Made by a program: the position numbers and the translations under genes | The notes under the pieces: generated by a model | What the model was told of the DNA's origin: nothing | The model's input: only the letters and a program-made list of their open reading frames with translations | The model's database searches: none | Shown: positions 41,322 to 52,835 of the stretch, in pieces | Numbering within the stretch: the first letter of the stretch is position 1 | Layout: the number at the start of each line of letters is the position of its first letter | From: Epithemia pelagica | Taxonomy: Eukaryota > Protista > Bacillariophyta | Assembly (NCBI GenBank): GCA_946965045.2 | Contig: OX337234.1 | Coordinates: forward strand, 620,001 to 684,000 | Reading direction: 5' to 3' | DNA: 64,000 nt

Positions 41322-42495
41322 AGTGTCGATAGAGTGGCAGGAAGCTTTATTCTTTCAAGGTTGCTGAGGTCAATTCCTTTTGTTCCACCCACCACCATGG
41401 ATTCTTGGCCAAGCCGCAAACTACCACACACACGCAACTCCTTCAATCGTTCGAGTACCCAAGATTGCAACCACTTTGTGTAGAATGGGAGAACTAAAAG
41501 AAGATGCCTGTATTTCGAATATCTCAAGATGACACAAAGACCATCAGCAACACCACATCCAGAAGAGGAAAAGCCAATCAATATTGCTGCGGCTACTGTT
41601 GTTGTTGTCGAGTCGTCAATTAAATGTGGGAGCCACAACGCACGATCGACGGCTCGTCGGGCCACATAAAAAATTCGAGACAAACACGAATCACCATAGT
41701 CACGAGCATCGGCCGGCGAAATCAACGATTGCAGCACGCGTTCGAGCACATGCCAGCACATGCCAGACCCACGGGACGTGTCCACGTCATCGTCGCGTAT
41801 TGAACTTTCAAGCTCGTCCGGCTTGCAATGGTATCCACCAAATATTCATTTTCAACAGCCCATCCCGGCAGGCTGTATTGGAACGGAGGAGGCCAATTCA
41901 AATCTTACAAAGGCTCTATCGACAAGTCCTGCCTCAACGGCAAATCGTTAACCGCCGGCAAACGATTGGCATGTATCGCGCGAGGCGAACAATCTCCCGA
42001 GGGAGTGCTCATCTTGCTCTCGCAATTCGCAATGATCCACAACTCGGATCTCGGATCTGTAAACGACCTCAGTCTCTACAAATCACTGTAAACGACCTCA
42101 GTCTCTACAAATTGCTAATCCCTAAACAGACTTCCATCATTCTAAGAATTCGAATGGTATTCCTGTTTACATGGTGCCATGATGACGAGGCTAACGCCCC
42201 TCATAGAGTCCAGTCATTGACGAGATCTTGGACGGTCCGTGTCTCGAGAATGTGCATGCTCAAGTCCCACAACAGCTATACTCTAGGATTGCAGAAGACA
42301 AGCATCTTTGGACTCATCCAAACCACAGTCGCATCCTTTCTGGAATCAAGCACCAAATGCATGGTATGGCCTCTCGCGTTGTCTCGTTCTAGAGACACTT
42401 ACCGTGTCTCTTTCCCTGTGTGTGTGCGTGTACATGTCGCAAACACACAAACACCCATGCACAACACTACTCGTCCATTTCTATTCATCCTCATT

Positions 42496-45400
42496 TTAGT
42501 CTGCTTCATGATTGGATTCTTCCACGACACCCAAATTTGAGTGTGGATTCCGTCGCAAAAAACGGAGTCCTCGACGAGGGGAACCAAGATCGGGAGCACT
42601 CTTGCTTTTGCGAAATCGTCGTGGTCGCCAACCTCCTCCGTGAGAATGAGCATGAGAAGACGAGGAGGCATTTCTACTGGTGGTACGAGGAGGCGATTGG
42701 AGAGAGGGCGATGCCGACTCGCCTCGAGACGACGGTCGTTGCGATGGTGCTGCTGCTTGGTTGGTCGGAGGGCTACGTGCCGTGGCCGTGTCGGCTGCTA
42801 CCCGAATGGTAGGTTCCACTTCCTGTGCTTGTGTGGGTGGTGGTGGTCGTGCCTTGGAAGAATCCCGTCGGGCCCATCGCGCCGAGGCATTGAACAAGAA
42901 CAAAAAGGTCAAGAGAGGAACGGCCGAATAGGAGAAAAAGAGTCGACCTGTTTCAAAGGCATCGCGTTGCCAGGAATCCCAGGCCGTTTCCACATTCAAG
43001 AGTTGACCGCCCGTCCAATCCACCAGAGAAGCCGCCACTTCCAATTGGGCAAACCCAAAATGGACCAGAGGCAAGACCAGGCCGCGATAAAAGATCCAAA
43101 ACATCCATTGCAAGACATGAAAGCCATCCTTGGCGGCTTCCTTGGCCATTTCCGCAATGGGCATGTCGAAACTAGTGCTTTCCAGAGCTTCTGTGGCATT
43201 GGTGAAGGTGGAATGAATCCATTCCGTCACGTTGCCATTCGTCAACACGGACGGATCCAAACTGGAACCCTTTCCACCCAATACCATGCCGACAATCCAA
43301 TCATTCCAGGCCATCACAAAGACTTGCGGATGATAAATGAGCCACAAGACGGAACTCAGCGCCACTTGGGCCAAGGCCTTGCAGATGGCCAGGGCATAAA
43401 TGCCAAAGGACATGGCCGCCACCACCAAACGAACATTGTCACTGTAATATTTCTTGACTTGTCGACCGGCCTTGGATCCCACATCCAAGGCATTAAAGGC
43501 ATATACCAAGGCAATGTCACACGCAAAGAAATGCAAAATGGCACAAGAACACATGTAACACAGCAAGCCCACGCCATTCTTCAACACGCTGACAGTAACC
43601 TGCCACGAGAGGGATATTCCCGCAAACAATGCATCTAGGATCATAGTCGCCAACGAGACTTTGTCTTCTTCCAGTTCCGGTTCAGGCTCGGAATCCAAAG
43701 CAGTTTCTAGTGCTTCGTCGTTGTCGCCCTTCTCTTCGTCGAATACCTCGACCATGGCTGTATCCTCGACTGGTTCCGACGACAGTGGTTGTGTTGTAAC
43801 GTTCGTTCTCTGTCGTGTCCACGGCAAGACATTACCATACTGCCGACGGTACTCTGACGAAGACAGGAACAATTCAAAGAGTTCGGGGTTCAAGAGGATG
43901 AATAACAAGGTCAACACCAGAGACATAACCCAAAATCGCTTGCGTTTTCCATGCGCCTGTAAGCGATCGGTAATGCGTTCCGACACGGACTTTCGTTTCA
44001 CCCTGTTTGTCCTCAGGCGCTGACTTCCTCGGAGCGTATCCAACACACTGTGCATGGATATGGATTGATCGTCGTCCTCGGACGGTGGCGAGTTGAGCTG
44101 GTCTGCATCAGCCACGACGGCGGTTGCTTGCTCGTGTTCCTCCATGGCTCCTCCTCCCAATCGTTGTGCTTTGGCCTCTCGCAGTTCTACTAGTCGGTCT
44201 CGTTGTGTGGGTGATCGTGGTTTGGGAACCAACCGTTCTGCCGCCATGTTTCGAATGGCCCGAATTTCTTCTTGTTTCTTGGCGGCCTTTCGTTCTTCCC
44301 GTTTGTGGATATAGGTTCGGACCGGTTTGTCGTACCAAGACCGTCCCGACACACTGGAAATGTCCGAGACAGCGGATTGCGATCGATTGTCCTCGTCCGA
44401 ATGGTTGGTTGTACGCCGATTCCGGTCACTGGCCACGACATGAATCAAGGGTTCATTGGAATGCAAACTGTCATCCCAGTCCTGGTCGTGCGTCGCATTG
44501 TAATCGGTTGGAAATTCCACTCCTTCCGAGACCGTGCGCGTCCGCGTGCGTGAGGCACTCGTCGATGCAGTTGTTAGGGGAGTGCCTCCACCACCACCAT
44601 GAAAGGTGGCACTGCGTGCCATGGGATGTGCGGATGCAAGTGATTGAGGTTGTTGTGTCGAGGGCGAGGGAGCAGACCGTGCCATGACGGCGGCGGCAGC
44701 CGAATGATGCGTGTCCTTGATCCAATCGTCCTCTGCCACCTCAAAGGCCGTCACGGGTGGCATGGTCCATCCGCGCATTTCGCAAATGGCTTGAAATTTT
44801 GCCATGAGCCAGGCTTGATAAAAGTCGGCTTCTTGTCGCATTTTCTTGGCATGCTCATTGTTTTTGGGATGTTTCACCACTTTCTTGGCGGCCGATTGCA
44901 ATTTGGCCAACAAGACACCGGCCATGTGTTTCATGACAAATTCCAGCAGCGATTGAGGCAAGAAACGAATATTGGGATCAATGTTGGCGACAATTTTGGT
45001 CGTGGCCGAAGTGGGCGAAGTGACATGAATAATGGCATCAAAAGTTCGAATTGTCATGCGATCCGCTCCTCGTCGTGTCGGTTTGGGAGGGATGGGTAAG
45101 GTGTCAATAATGGGATCATCCGACAGGTACGTGTCAGCGGGTGGTGGCGCCTCGTCGGGAATATCGTGAAGACCTTGCCCAGCCAACAAGACACTGCCAT
45201 CTTCCATAAAATTATCGCATCCAATGGCTCGAAAACATCCATCGCGGGCCAATCCAAAGGCACTGAGACCAATCAAAAACCATCCGACGGTATCCAACTT
45301 GTCCAAATCTGCCACGGTAAAACTCGAGGAACAAAACGGGGACCATTTGTAGTACAAATCCACCTCGCGCAAGATACACAATTGTTCAAAAAGGGGCACA

Positions 45401-46244
45401 TCTGAAACTTCTCCTTGTAATTTTAGACTCAATGAACCATCTTCTTCTCTCCGATAAAAAGTTTCAATGCCAAACATGGTCGAAGCCAAGGTCCATTCTT
45501 CTTGCTCTTGCAAATTCTTTTGGGCTTTGCGAAACAGTCGACACCGATTCTACGTGGAATAAGAAAATAGCCCGATCGACAATACCGACAAACAAATGCA
45601 ACGATCGAATCAGCATAGAGACCAAAGAACTATCATGGAGCCATGCATACGCAAAAGTGCCATCCATGTCATGTAAATTCACCATGTGGCAAAGAGTACA
45701 ATAACAACAATAACACTCTTTCCAACTCACAAACATCACATACCTCGAGTTTTTCAAATCGTGCTTGATTGGCCTCCAACAAGGCCTGGACTTGGGCCAG
45801 TTCGTTCGCAACGGCGTCGTCTTTTTGCTCCACTGCACTTTCCTCGGCCGATCCCTTGCGTCGCAACTTTTGGGATCGACTCGACGATCTGGTGCTGTCC
45901 TTGGTGTTGGACAAGGAAGACGAAGCCGACGACAAAAAGGATCGCTTCTTGGTGGAGGAGGATGCGGCGGCCGTGTCGGATCGAGAAACTGATCCCTCTC
46001 GTGTCGACGACGCACTGGTTTGGTTTCCGCCATCCACTGTCAAAGACGGAGTAGCAGCAGCATTCTGGCATCGTTCTTGAACATGATGCAACAAGTCTTG
46101 GGCCGTCAAATGACGTTCGTCTTCTATCAAATCCAAGACGCGTTGGGCATCGCGCCACAAGGAATCACTGGGTTGACCATCGTCGCCGGTCGTTAACGGA
46201 GGACGAATCGTATAGGGTGTGACACCAGCTGGAAAGACGGGCAT
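42496..46244 (-). CDS. START-like lipid-binding domain protein with C-terminal TM segments; two exons (intron 45550-45743)
   Basis: A GTATGT..TAG intron joins the frames (FEKLE-NRCRLF). Motifs LFEQLCILREVDLY.KW.PF and IVANIDP..R.LPQSLLEFVMK. Confidence 0.75.
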
Positions 46245-47086
46245 ACTGATGATCTAGGTCGGTAGGATACCAGCAAACGGGGTGTGGTTTGGCACCAAGA
46301 ACGTGAGAACTGCAAGAGGCAAGCCCCCTTTGTCGACTTCACGAGAATCCGTGGCTTTTGTTTGGACAGAGAGTGTGTGGTCAACCAACCGTGTCTCTCT
46401 CGAACCACAAACTGCGCGATAGAAACAAAGCAGACCCGCACACACAAGTCTTGGATTGTCTCGTGTCCAAGAGAGGGTGTAAACTCTCAAGTCCGACGCC
46501 AAATACAAAAGCGCAGCTACCTCAAGCTGACAATCTCTCAAAAAATGGCACAAAACGTAGTGGGTGGGTTACTACTCGGTTGTGTGCTTCTCGTCGTAAA
46601 TGGGCAAAAGAGACCCAGAATGGAATTGGAATGGGGTCTGCCCAAATACGGCGAACGTGTAAACAATAGAGAGAGGGCAAGGGTAACCTTACGCGAAGAT
46701 ATGAACTTCCTTGGGGTTCATGGTCGCCGCAGTCAGTCGCCGTGCGCAGTGCGTCGTCGGGCGGAGGACTTCCGCTCACTCCCCCGAGTTTAAGATACAA
46801 CTATTTGTCTAGATGAATATTGAGATTAAAATGTTGACGCTCGGTAGTTGTCCCCGGTTCGGACAAGCGGGCGTGACATGTGACATGACGCAAATGAGAC
46901 ACTTTTTGGTGAAAATCCAACAACTCAACAACACACCATCATATGTATTACCGATTACCGCACTTGTAATCCTTGGTTGGTAACGAGGAGCCTTCCGATT
47001 AGAGCACCATGCCATGAGAATTCCAAGATTTCCAAGATCAGGGCGAGCCAAACTTCTCATTCGCGGCATCATGTGTCTACACCGCA

Positions 47087-48685
47087 GTGACTGCGGGAGT
47101 ATTGCGTGGAGAGCGTTCTCGTTTCCAATTGTTTGGTGATACCATGAACACTGCCTCTCGAATGGAGAGTACCGGTGAGGTGAATCGTGTTCAATTGTCC
47201 GAGGAGACAGCCAAGTTACTCAGTGCTGCCGGAAAGCAACATTGGATTACACCGCGCGAAAGCGGTATCGCGGCCAAGGGCAAGGGCATTTTGACCACCT
47301 ACTGGCTCACGAGCAATCAATCCGAAAGTACCCAGGACAATGGCCGCGAAAGCGCTCCCGAATGTGCTCCCATGTCGACCGCTCAGAAACAAGAAGATGA
47401 AATGCACAAGGCCAAGACGACTCGTCTGATCGGCTGGAACGTTGAAGTGTTGCTTGGATTGATTAAGCGTATTGGCAAGAAACGAGCCAGTAAACCTCAT
47501 GGTCCACAGTCCATGACGGATCGGATTGCTTACGAGTCCAAATACAACTCACTCATTTCCACCGCCATTCTCGAAGAAGTTGAGGAAGTTATTGAATTGC
47601 CTCGGGACAAACAGTCGGATGGAGAAAATCGTTCGGTTGCACAGGATCATGAGCAAATGGAAGTACCTCCAGCGGTAGTGGAAGAACTCTCCCAGTTTGT
47701 CTCTTGCATTGCTTCCATGTACAATGAGAATCCCTTCCACAACTTTGAACATGCCTCTCATGTGACCATGTCAGTGGTCAAGTTGCTTTCCCGTATTGTG
47801 GCACCATCCGAAGTGGACTATGAAAAGTCGGCCGCGGGATCCAAGACATTGCACGATCACACATATGGTATTACATCGGACCCATTTACTCGTGTCTTGT
47901 CCGCGCTCATTCACGATGTCGATCACCCCGGAGTGCCCAACGCACAACTCGTCAAGGAAGACTCGGCCTTGGCTTCCACCTACAAGGACAAGAGTGTGGC
48001 CGAACAAAACTCGGTACAGCTTTCCTGGGACCTTCTCATGAGCAGCGAGTTTGTCAACCTTCGTGGAGCCGTCTATTCCTCCGAATCGGAACTCAAACGC
48101 TTCCGTCAGTTGATTGTAAACTCTGTCATGGCCACGGATATTGTCGATAAGGAACTCAAGACTCTTCGAAATGCTCGATGGGAGAAAGCCTTTAGTATGG
48201 ATGACCAGGCGGATACCACAGCAGTCGGTCAAAACATTCAGGAAAATGTGAATCGCAAGGCCACGATTGTGATTGAGCACTTGATCCAAGCCTCGGATGT
48301 GGCCCATACCATGCAACATTGGCACATTTACCGCAAGTGGAATGAACTCTTCTTTATGGAATGCTACCAAGCCTACAAAGCGGGACGGGCTGGGGATGAC
48401 CCGTCCAAGAATTGGTACAAGGGAGAAATTGGATTCTTTGACTTTTACATTATTCCCTTGGCCAAGAAACTAAAAGAATGCGGAGTCTTTGGCGTCTCGA
48501 GTGACGAATACCTCAACTATGCCACCAAGAATCGTAAGGAATGGGAAGAACGGGGACGCGAAATCGTGGCCGAGTTATTGGAAAAGGCCATGGCGGCGGA
48601 AAGCTCGTCCTCCTCCGGTGAAGATGCCTTGCAACCTTCTTCGTCCACCCAAGAGCCAACTGTATCTACCAACGCAACCGCCTAG
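47087..48685 (+). pseudogene. 5'-truncated class III nucleotide cyclase / class I phosphodiesterase fusion gene
   Basis: Begins mid-cyclase (VTAGVLRGERSRFQLFGDTMNTASRMES). Complete PDE motifs follow: FHNFEH, IHDVDH, MATDI, ASDVAH, EIGFFDFYIIPL. No upstream exon found. Confidence 0.8.
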
Positions 48686-48966
48686 AGAGATCAGCGGCGG
48701 CCTCCAAGAATGACTATATTATCTTTTGCATGAATAAAACCGTACTGCTATTGTTAGCAACTTCTTCCAATCGAAGCTTAACCATTAGGGATAGGGCTGA
48801 AAGGTCGTGAACCGGGAACCCGGGACTCACGGATCCTTTCCAGTCGCCTTTGATAGTCGACTCACCGATGCAAGATTCAAAATTCAGAAACGGCATCTGG
48901 AAGATTCACCATTAGCAAAACAGCGGGGAATCGGTGCAATCGAGAAAAAAGACGAGGGACAACACC

Positions 48967-49347
48967 ATGGAGTCTGCAACCGTTGAAAGCACCGACATGC
49001 CGGATCACAACGACACACCAACGAGCAGCACTTTGCCGGAACCAGGCAGCAATACGAATGAGACTGAGAATCCGGGGGAGGATGCGGTCACTACCACCAC
49101 ACCAACAACGGATCCTTCCATGAATGCTGCTGCAGCAATCATGGCCAGCAACACACAAACGCGATCCACTTCCTCCGCCATGAAAAATGTGGTGAAGAAT
49201 CCTGATGATGATGGCAAACTGAAAACGAGCTCTGTGAAGCATTCCACTCGTCCCAACCGGAGCAGCGCGGAGGACCATACACCCGCTTCCGAAGATGCAC
49301 GATGTTGCTTGGATGTGTTCCCCTTGTGGTGCTGTACTATCCAATAG
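48967..49347 (+). CDS. Small disordered protein ending in CCLDVFPLWCCTIQ (CaaX-like)
   Basis: 126 aa ORF, ATG in a CACCATGG context. Confidence 0.55.
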   Translation: MESATVESTDMPDHNDTPTSSTLPEPGSNTNETENPGEDAVTTTTPTTDPSMNAAAAIMASNTQTRSTSSAMKNVVKNPDDDGKLKTSSVKHSTRPNRSSAEDHTPASEDARCCLDVFPLWCCTIQ

Positions 49348-49539
49348 AGAGGAGCGACTGGAGCAATAGGAGACCGTTGTAATGGCGAAGCAATCGTACA
49401 TGCTCCAACATGGCTTCCCATTATCTGCTGCATCATTTCCAAAAGACAATGGTTGGCTCACTTTGGTGGCAGAGTTTGGAAAACCAAAAAGGCAAGCCTT
49501 CATTCTTCTGTTAAATTTTCATTTGATTGTTCCTGTGTC

Positions 49540-51492
49540 TCATGATGGCGTGGATGGTGCTGTACAACCGTTTTGTTCTAGTTCCTTCTTGACATCTCGT
49601 ATCCGTTCCAAAAAGCCTCGTCCATAGACATCGCTCGGTTCCATGGCCATTCCTTCCGCCCATCTATTGTATGCAAACGACAATGACACGACAAGCCAGC
49701 AAACAGCATCCAGACAAGGAGAAAAAAAGACAAGTCATGGGTAAGGGGGAATTCTGCTTCGAAACGACATGGAGCAACACCTCACATCCTCTCCAGATAC
49801 TTACTCATTCCACGCATTAATCACCACCAGTTGATCGTCGCCATTGGTCAAACTAGGTTTTGTAGTAGGAGCATCGTTATTGTCCGGGGCGGCGGGTTGA
49901 CGACAACACATGGTATAATACAAGACGGCTCGCACATTTTGTTCAAACCGCTGCAAGACGTGTTCCGGTGTCCCCGCGGTATAAATGACGGAATGGTCAA
50001 ATTCGCGACGAGGTGTATTGTCAAAGGCGGTCAAGAGGCCCAAAATTTCGTGTCGATCTCCAGCCTGTTCCGGCGTCCAGGCCATGCGAGGATGATTGGT
50101 ACACCAGTCGGGTATTTCATAGGCCTGCGTGACCCATTCCAAGGGGTAGGGATACAAGAGACTTTGATTGAAGGTATCCATTTCAATCATGTTCAAGGTT
50201 TGCGTTTTAAAGTCCATGACTTGTTTCAATCGGTCCGTCAAATTGCCAGGTTGAAAGAGGTGATCGGGTGCCGCACTGCGTCCCACCAACAAATACAAGC
50301 CATCAAAGCCATCGCGTTGGGCCAGATATCGCAATCGCTGCAAAATGGGCAAGGCTCGAATATCATAATAGTACAGCAGCAAAATGGGCTGATTGTCCAT
50401 CAAAATATAATTGGGGTGATGAAAAAATTGCGACAACCACTGGTAATGTTCCTGAATTTGCTCGTGACTGGCATTAAAGTACTGCTCTTGCAAGACAATG
50501 GCCCGATTCTTGTTGGTAGGAATGGTTTGAAAGAGCGGTTTGCCCATCCACACATTGACCCACTTGGTGGCACACCAATTGAGAAAAAAGGGCACATTGG
50601 GATGTCCATCGTCCAGCATGGCCAATAGGGGGGCGGCCAAATTGGGACCGGCATGGGTGGGATCGTAAAACCAATAATGATGATAGACAAAGCCATGAAT
50701 GCCGTACTGACGCGCCAAGGATCCCTGCGCGTTTCGGACCGTCGTTTGGCGCAAATCGTAATAGCCCAATTCGGTCGGTCGAGGAATGGCATGACCCAAT
50801 CGATTGTGTGTGGGAGATTTTTGCAAGGACATCCAATCGGTGAAATTGATTCCCCAATTCTGATCATTCAAGGGATCGGGATGGTATTGCGGAAAGTAAA
50901 TCACCAAGACACGGGGCACTCGTGGTTTTGTTGTTGTTGTTGTTGTTGTTGTTGTGGTTGTGTTGTCGACTGTCCTTTGGGGTTCTAATCGATAGGTTGG
51001 AGTGTGACCCGTCGCTCGAGTCTGATCCCTGGTCCTGGGCACACCACCATTTCCTCGTTTTCGTTTGCGCATCATGTTCCGTCCTTGTTGTTGTGCTTGT
51101 GGTTGTCGTTGCTGCTGCGGCGGCTGTCGATGAGTCTGTTGTTGTAGGGATGGAAGGAGAGACCCATTTGCAGCTTGTTGTCGTTCTTGTCTCATTTTCG
51201 AGCGGGGTGGCACTGGTATCGACTGCATTCGTTGGTCTTGCATCATCATTGTTGTGGTAACCGAAGCTGTGGTGGTGGTTGCAGTCGGCAATGGCGCATG
51301 GAATACGACAAGGATCCACAAACTGGTACAGACAAACACGAGCAGGAGGCATCCAACCAATGGTTGCAAGACCAATCGTCGAGCCGCCGTGTTTCGTCCA
51401 TGTCCTCGTTGTTGTGGTTGTTGTGTCACCGAGAGTGGAGGTGTTGGCTTTTGGGGCCGCCGTGTTCGACGAGCAACATCCACCGCCATCAT
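49540..51492 (-). CDS. WbsX-like glycosyltransferase / GH99-like protein with N-terminal anchor; two exons (intron 49664-49804)
   Basis: IYFPQYH..P.ND..WG..FTDW, LGYYDL, YGI.GF.YHHYWF, FFLNW. A GTAAGT..TAG intron restores NAWNEWAEGMAMEPSDVYG. Confidence 0.85.
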
Positions 51493-51714
51493 GGTCAAGT
51501 TGTTTTGACTTGGGTGCGAGAGGATGTGACCGTTTCAGCCTTCCGCGCGGAGCCATCGACCGACGCGCGCGGCTCGCGCATGATCGATTCACGGATGATG
51601 GAGGTGTGGGACTCATTCATCACTCTCTCTCTTGGAACGCAATTTCCTTCGCATTTCCATCCGGTACCATACCATACACTCTCGTCGTTCTTTGTCGTTC
51701 ATCATCATACCCTC

Positions 51715-52369
51715 ATGTCGTATGCGTCGAACATCCCCGCGAATGATCAAGTAGAGGACGCTAGAACGGCGGAAGCTCCTGCTGCCGCACACATGACGAA
51801 CGAACCGTTCCATCTCGACCATGTCGGTGCGGCTCGCTTGAAACTCGGAAAACGCAAGTTGGCGGCACTCACTGGTGAAGAGGAGATTCATAATATGTCG
51901 ACCAGACGCCTTGTGCACGTTGCCAGTGTGCAGGGACAGGGAGTGTACGGCGGTGGGGCGGCTCCTCCATGGGCGGTTGACCTGCAGAATAGCATTCATC
52001 GCATGAACGCCCGCATCAACGCCCGCATCAACGCACACATGGACCGCATGTCGAATCAACGCTACAATGCGTCATTGTCCACGGATACCGTTCCGCTGCG
52101 TTCTTTGCACAAGATTCACTCCGGGTTGGGTCCAGGACTCCCCGGCTCTGGAGGAACTGTTGCCAACGCTCCCACGCAAGCCGCAGTGGTAGGCGCAACC
52201 TGTCCCGTACACCAAGATTACATGCCTTCGACTTTCAATGAATTGCATGGAGATGACTATGACCCGTTTGAATCGCATTGCCATGTGGTACAATGAGGAC
52301 TTTGGAATTCAACAAGGAGACAACGAAAGCACTCGTGGATTGAAATTCAGGGACTGGCTCCAATTCTGA
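51715..52369 (+). pseudogene. Second Mug135-like family gene, frameshifted near 52250
   Basis: GAAPPWA, coiled coil, RYNASL, GPGLPG. The C-terminal WYNEDFGIQQGD...KFRDWL lies in a different frame. Confidence 0.55.
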
Positions 52370-52524
52370 AACGGGGTTTGGCAGCGAAAGGGGATTGTAG
52401 TCGACAACAAAAGACTTGGGAATGCGCACGCTTTCCCTTTCATCAATTTACTTGGATAATAATAAGTAATAGCTGTCTTATGGAAACCCACATAAATCGA
52501 TCACTTCAGAATTCCAACAATGAG

Positions 52525-52830
52525 AAACGTTTCGACTGAATTCGTTGGTCTTGCATCAGTATTGTTGTGGTTACCAAAGTTGTGCTGGTGGGTGCAGTCG
52601 GTAATGGTCCATGCAAGACGACGAAGGACCCACATGCTCGTACAGACACACACGAGCAGGAGGCATCCCACCAATGGTTGCAAGACCAATCGTCGTGTTG
52701 AACACGAAGAACGACGTCGACCGTGTTCCGTCCATGTCCTCGTTGTGGTTGTTGTGTCACCGAGATTGGAGCGGTTGGCTTTCGTGGCCGCCGTGTTCGA
52801 CGAGCAGCATCCACATCCTCGGCCATGGTG
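52525..52830 (-). pseudogene. Diverged duplicate of the 5' end of the WbsX-like gene
   Basis: Direct repeat of ~51215-51500 with indels; ends just beyond the duplicated ATG. Confidence 0.8.
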
Positions 52831-52835
52831 AAGTT

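Noticed and set aside
42058-42115. 29-bp tandem duplication TGTAAACGACCTCAGTCTCTACAAAT...
   Set aside because: Only two copies, in intergenic DNA; a simple slippage duplication.
19603-50628. Long plus-strand ORFs 19603-20724, 31255-32274, 42541-43638 and 49831-50628
   Set aside because: Shadow frames antisense to well-supported genes, with no motifs of their own.
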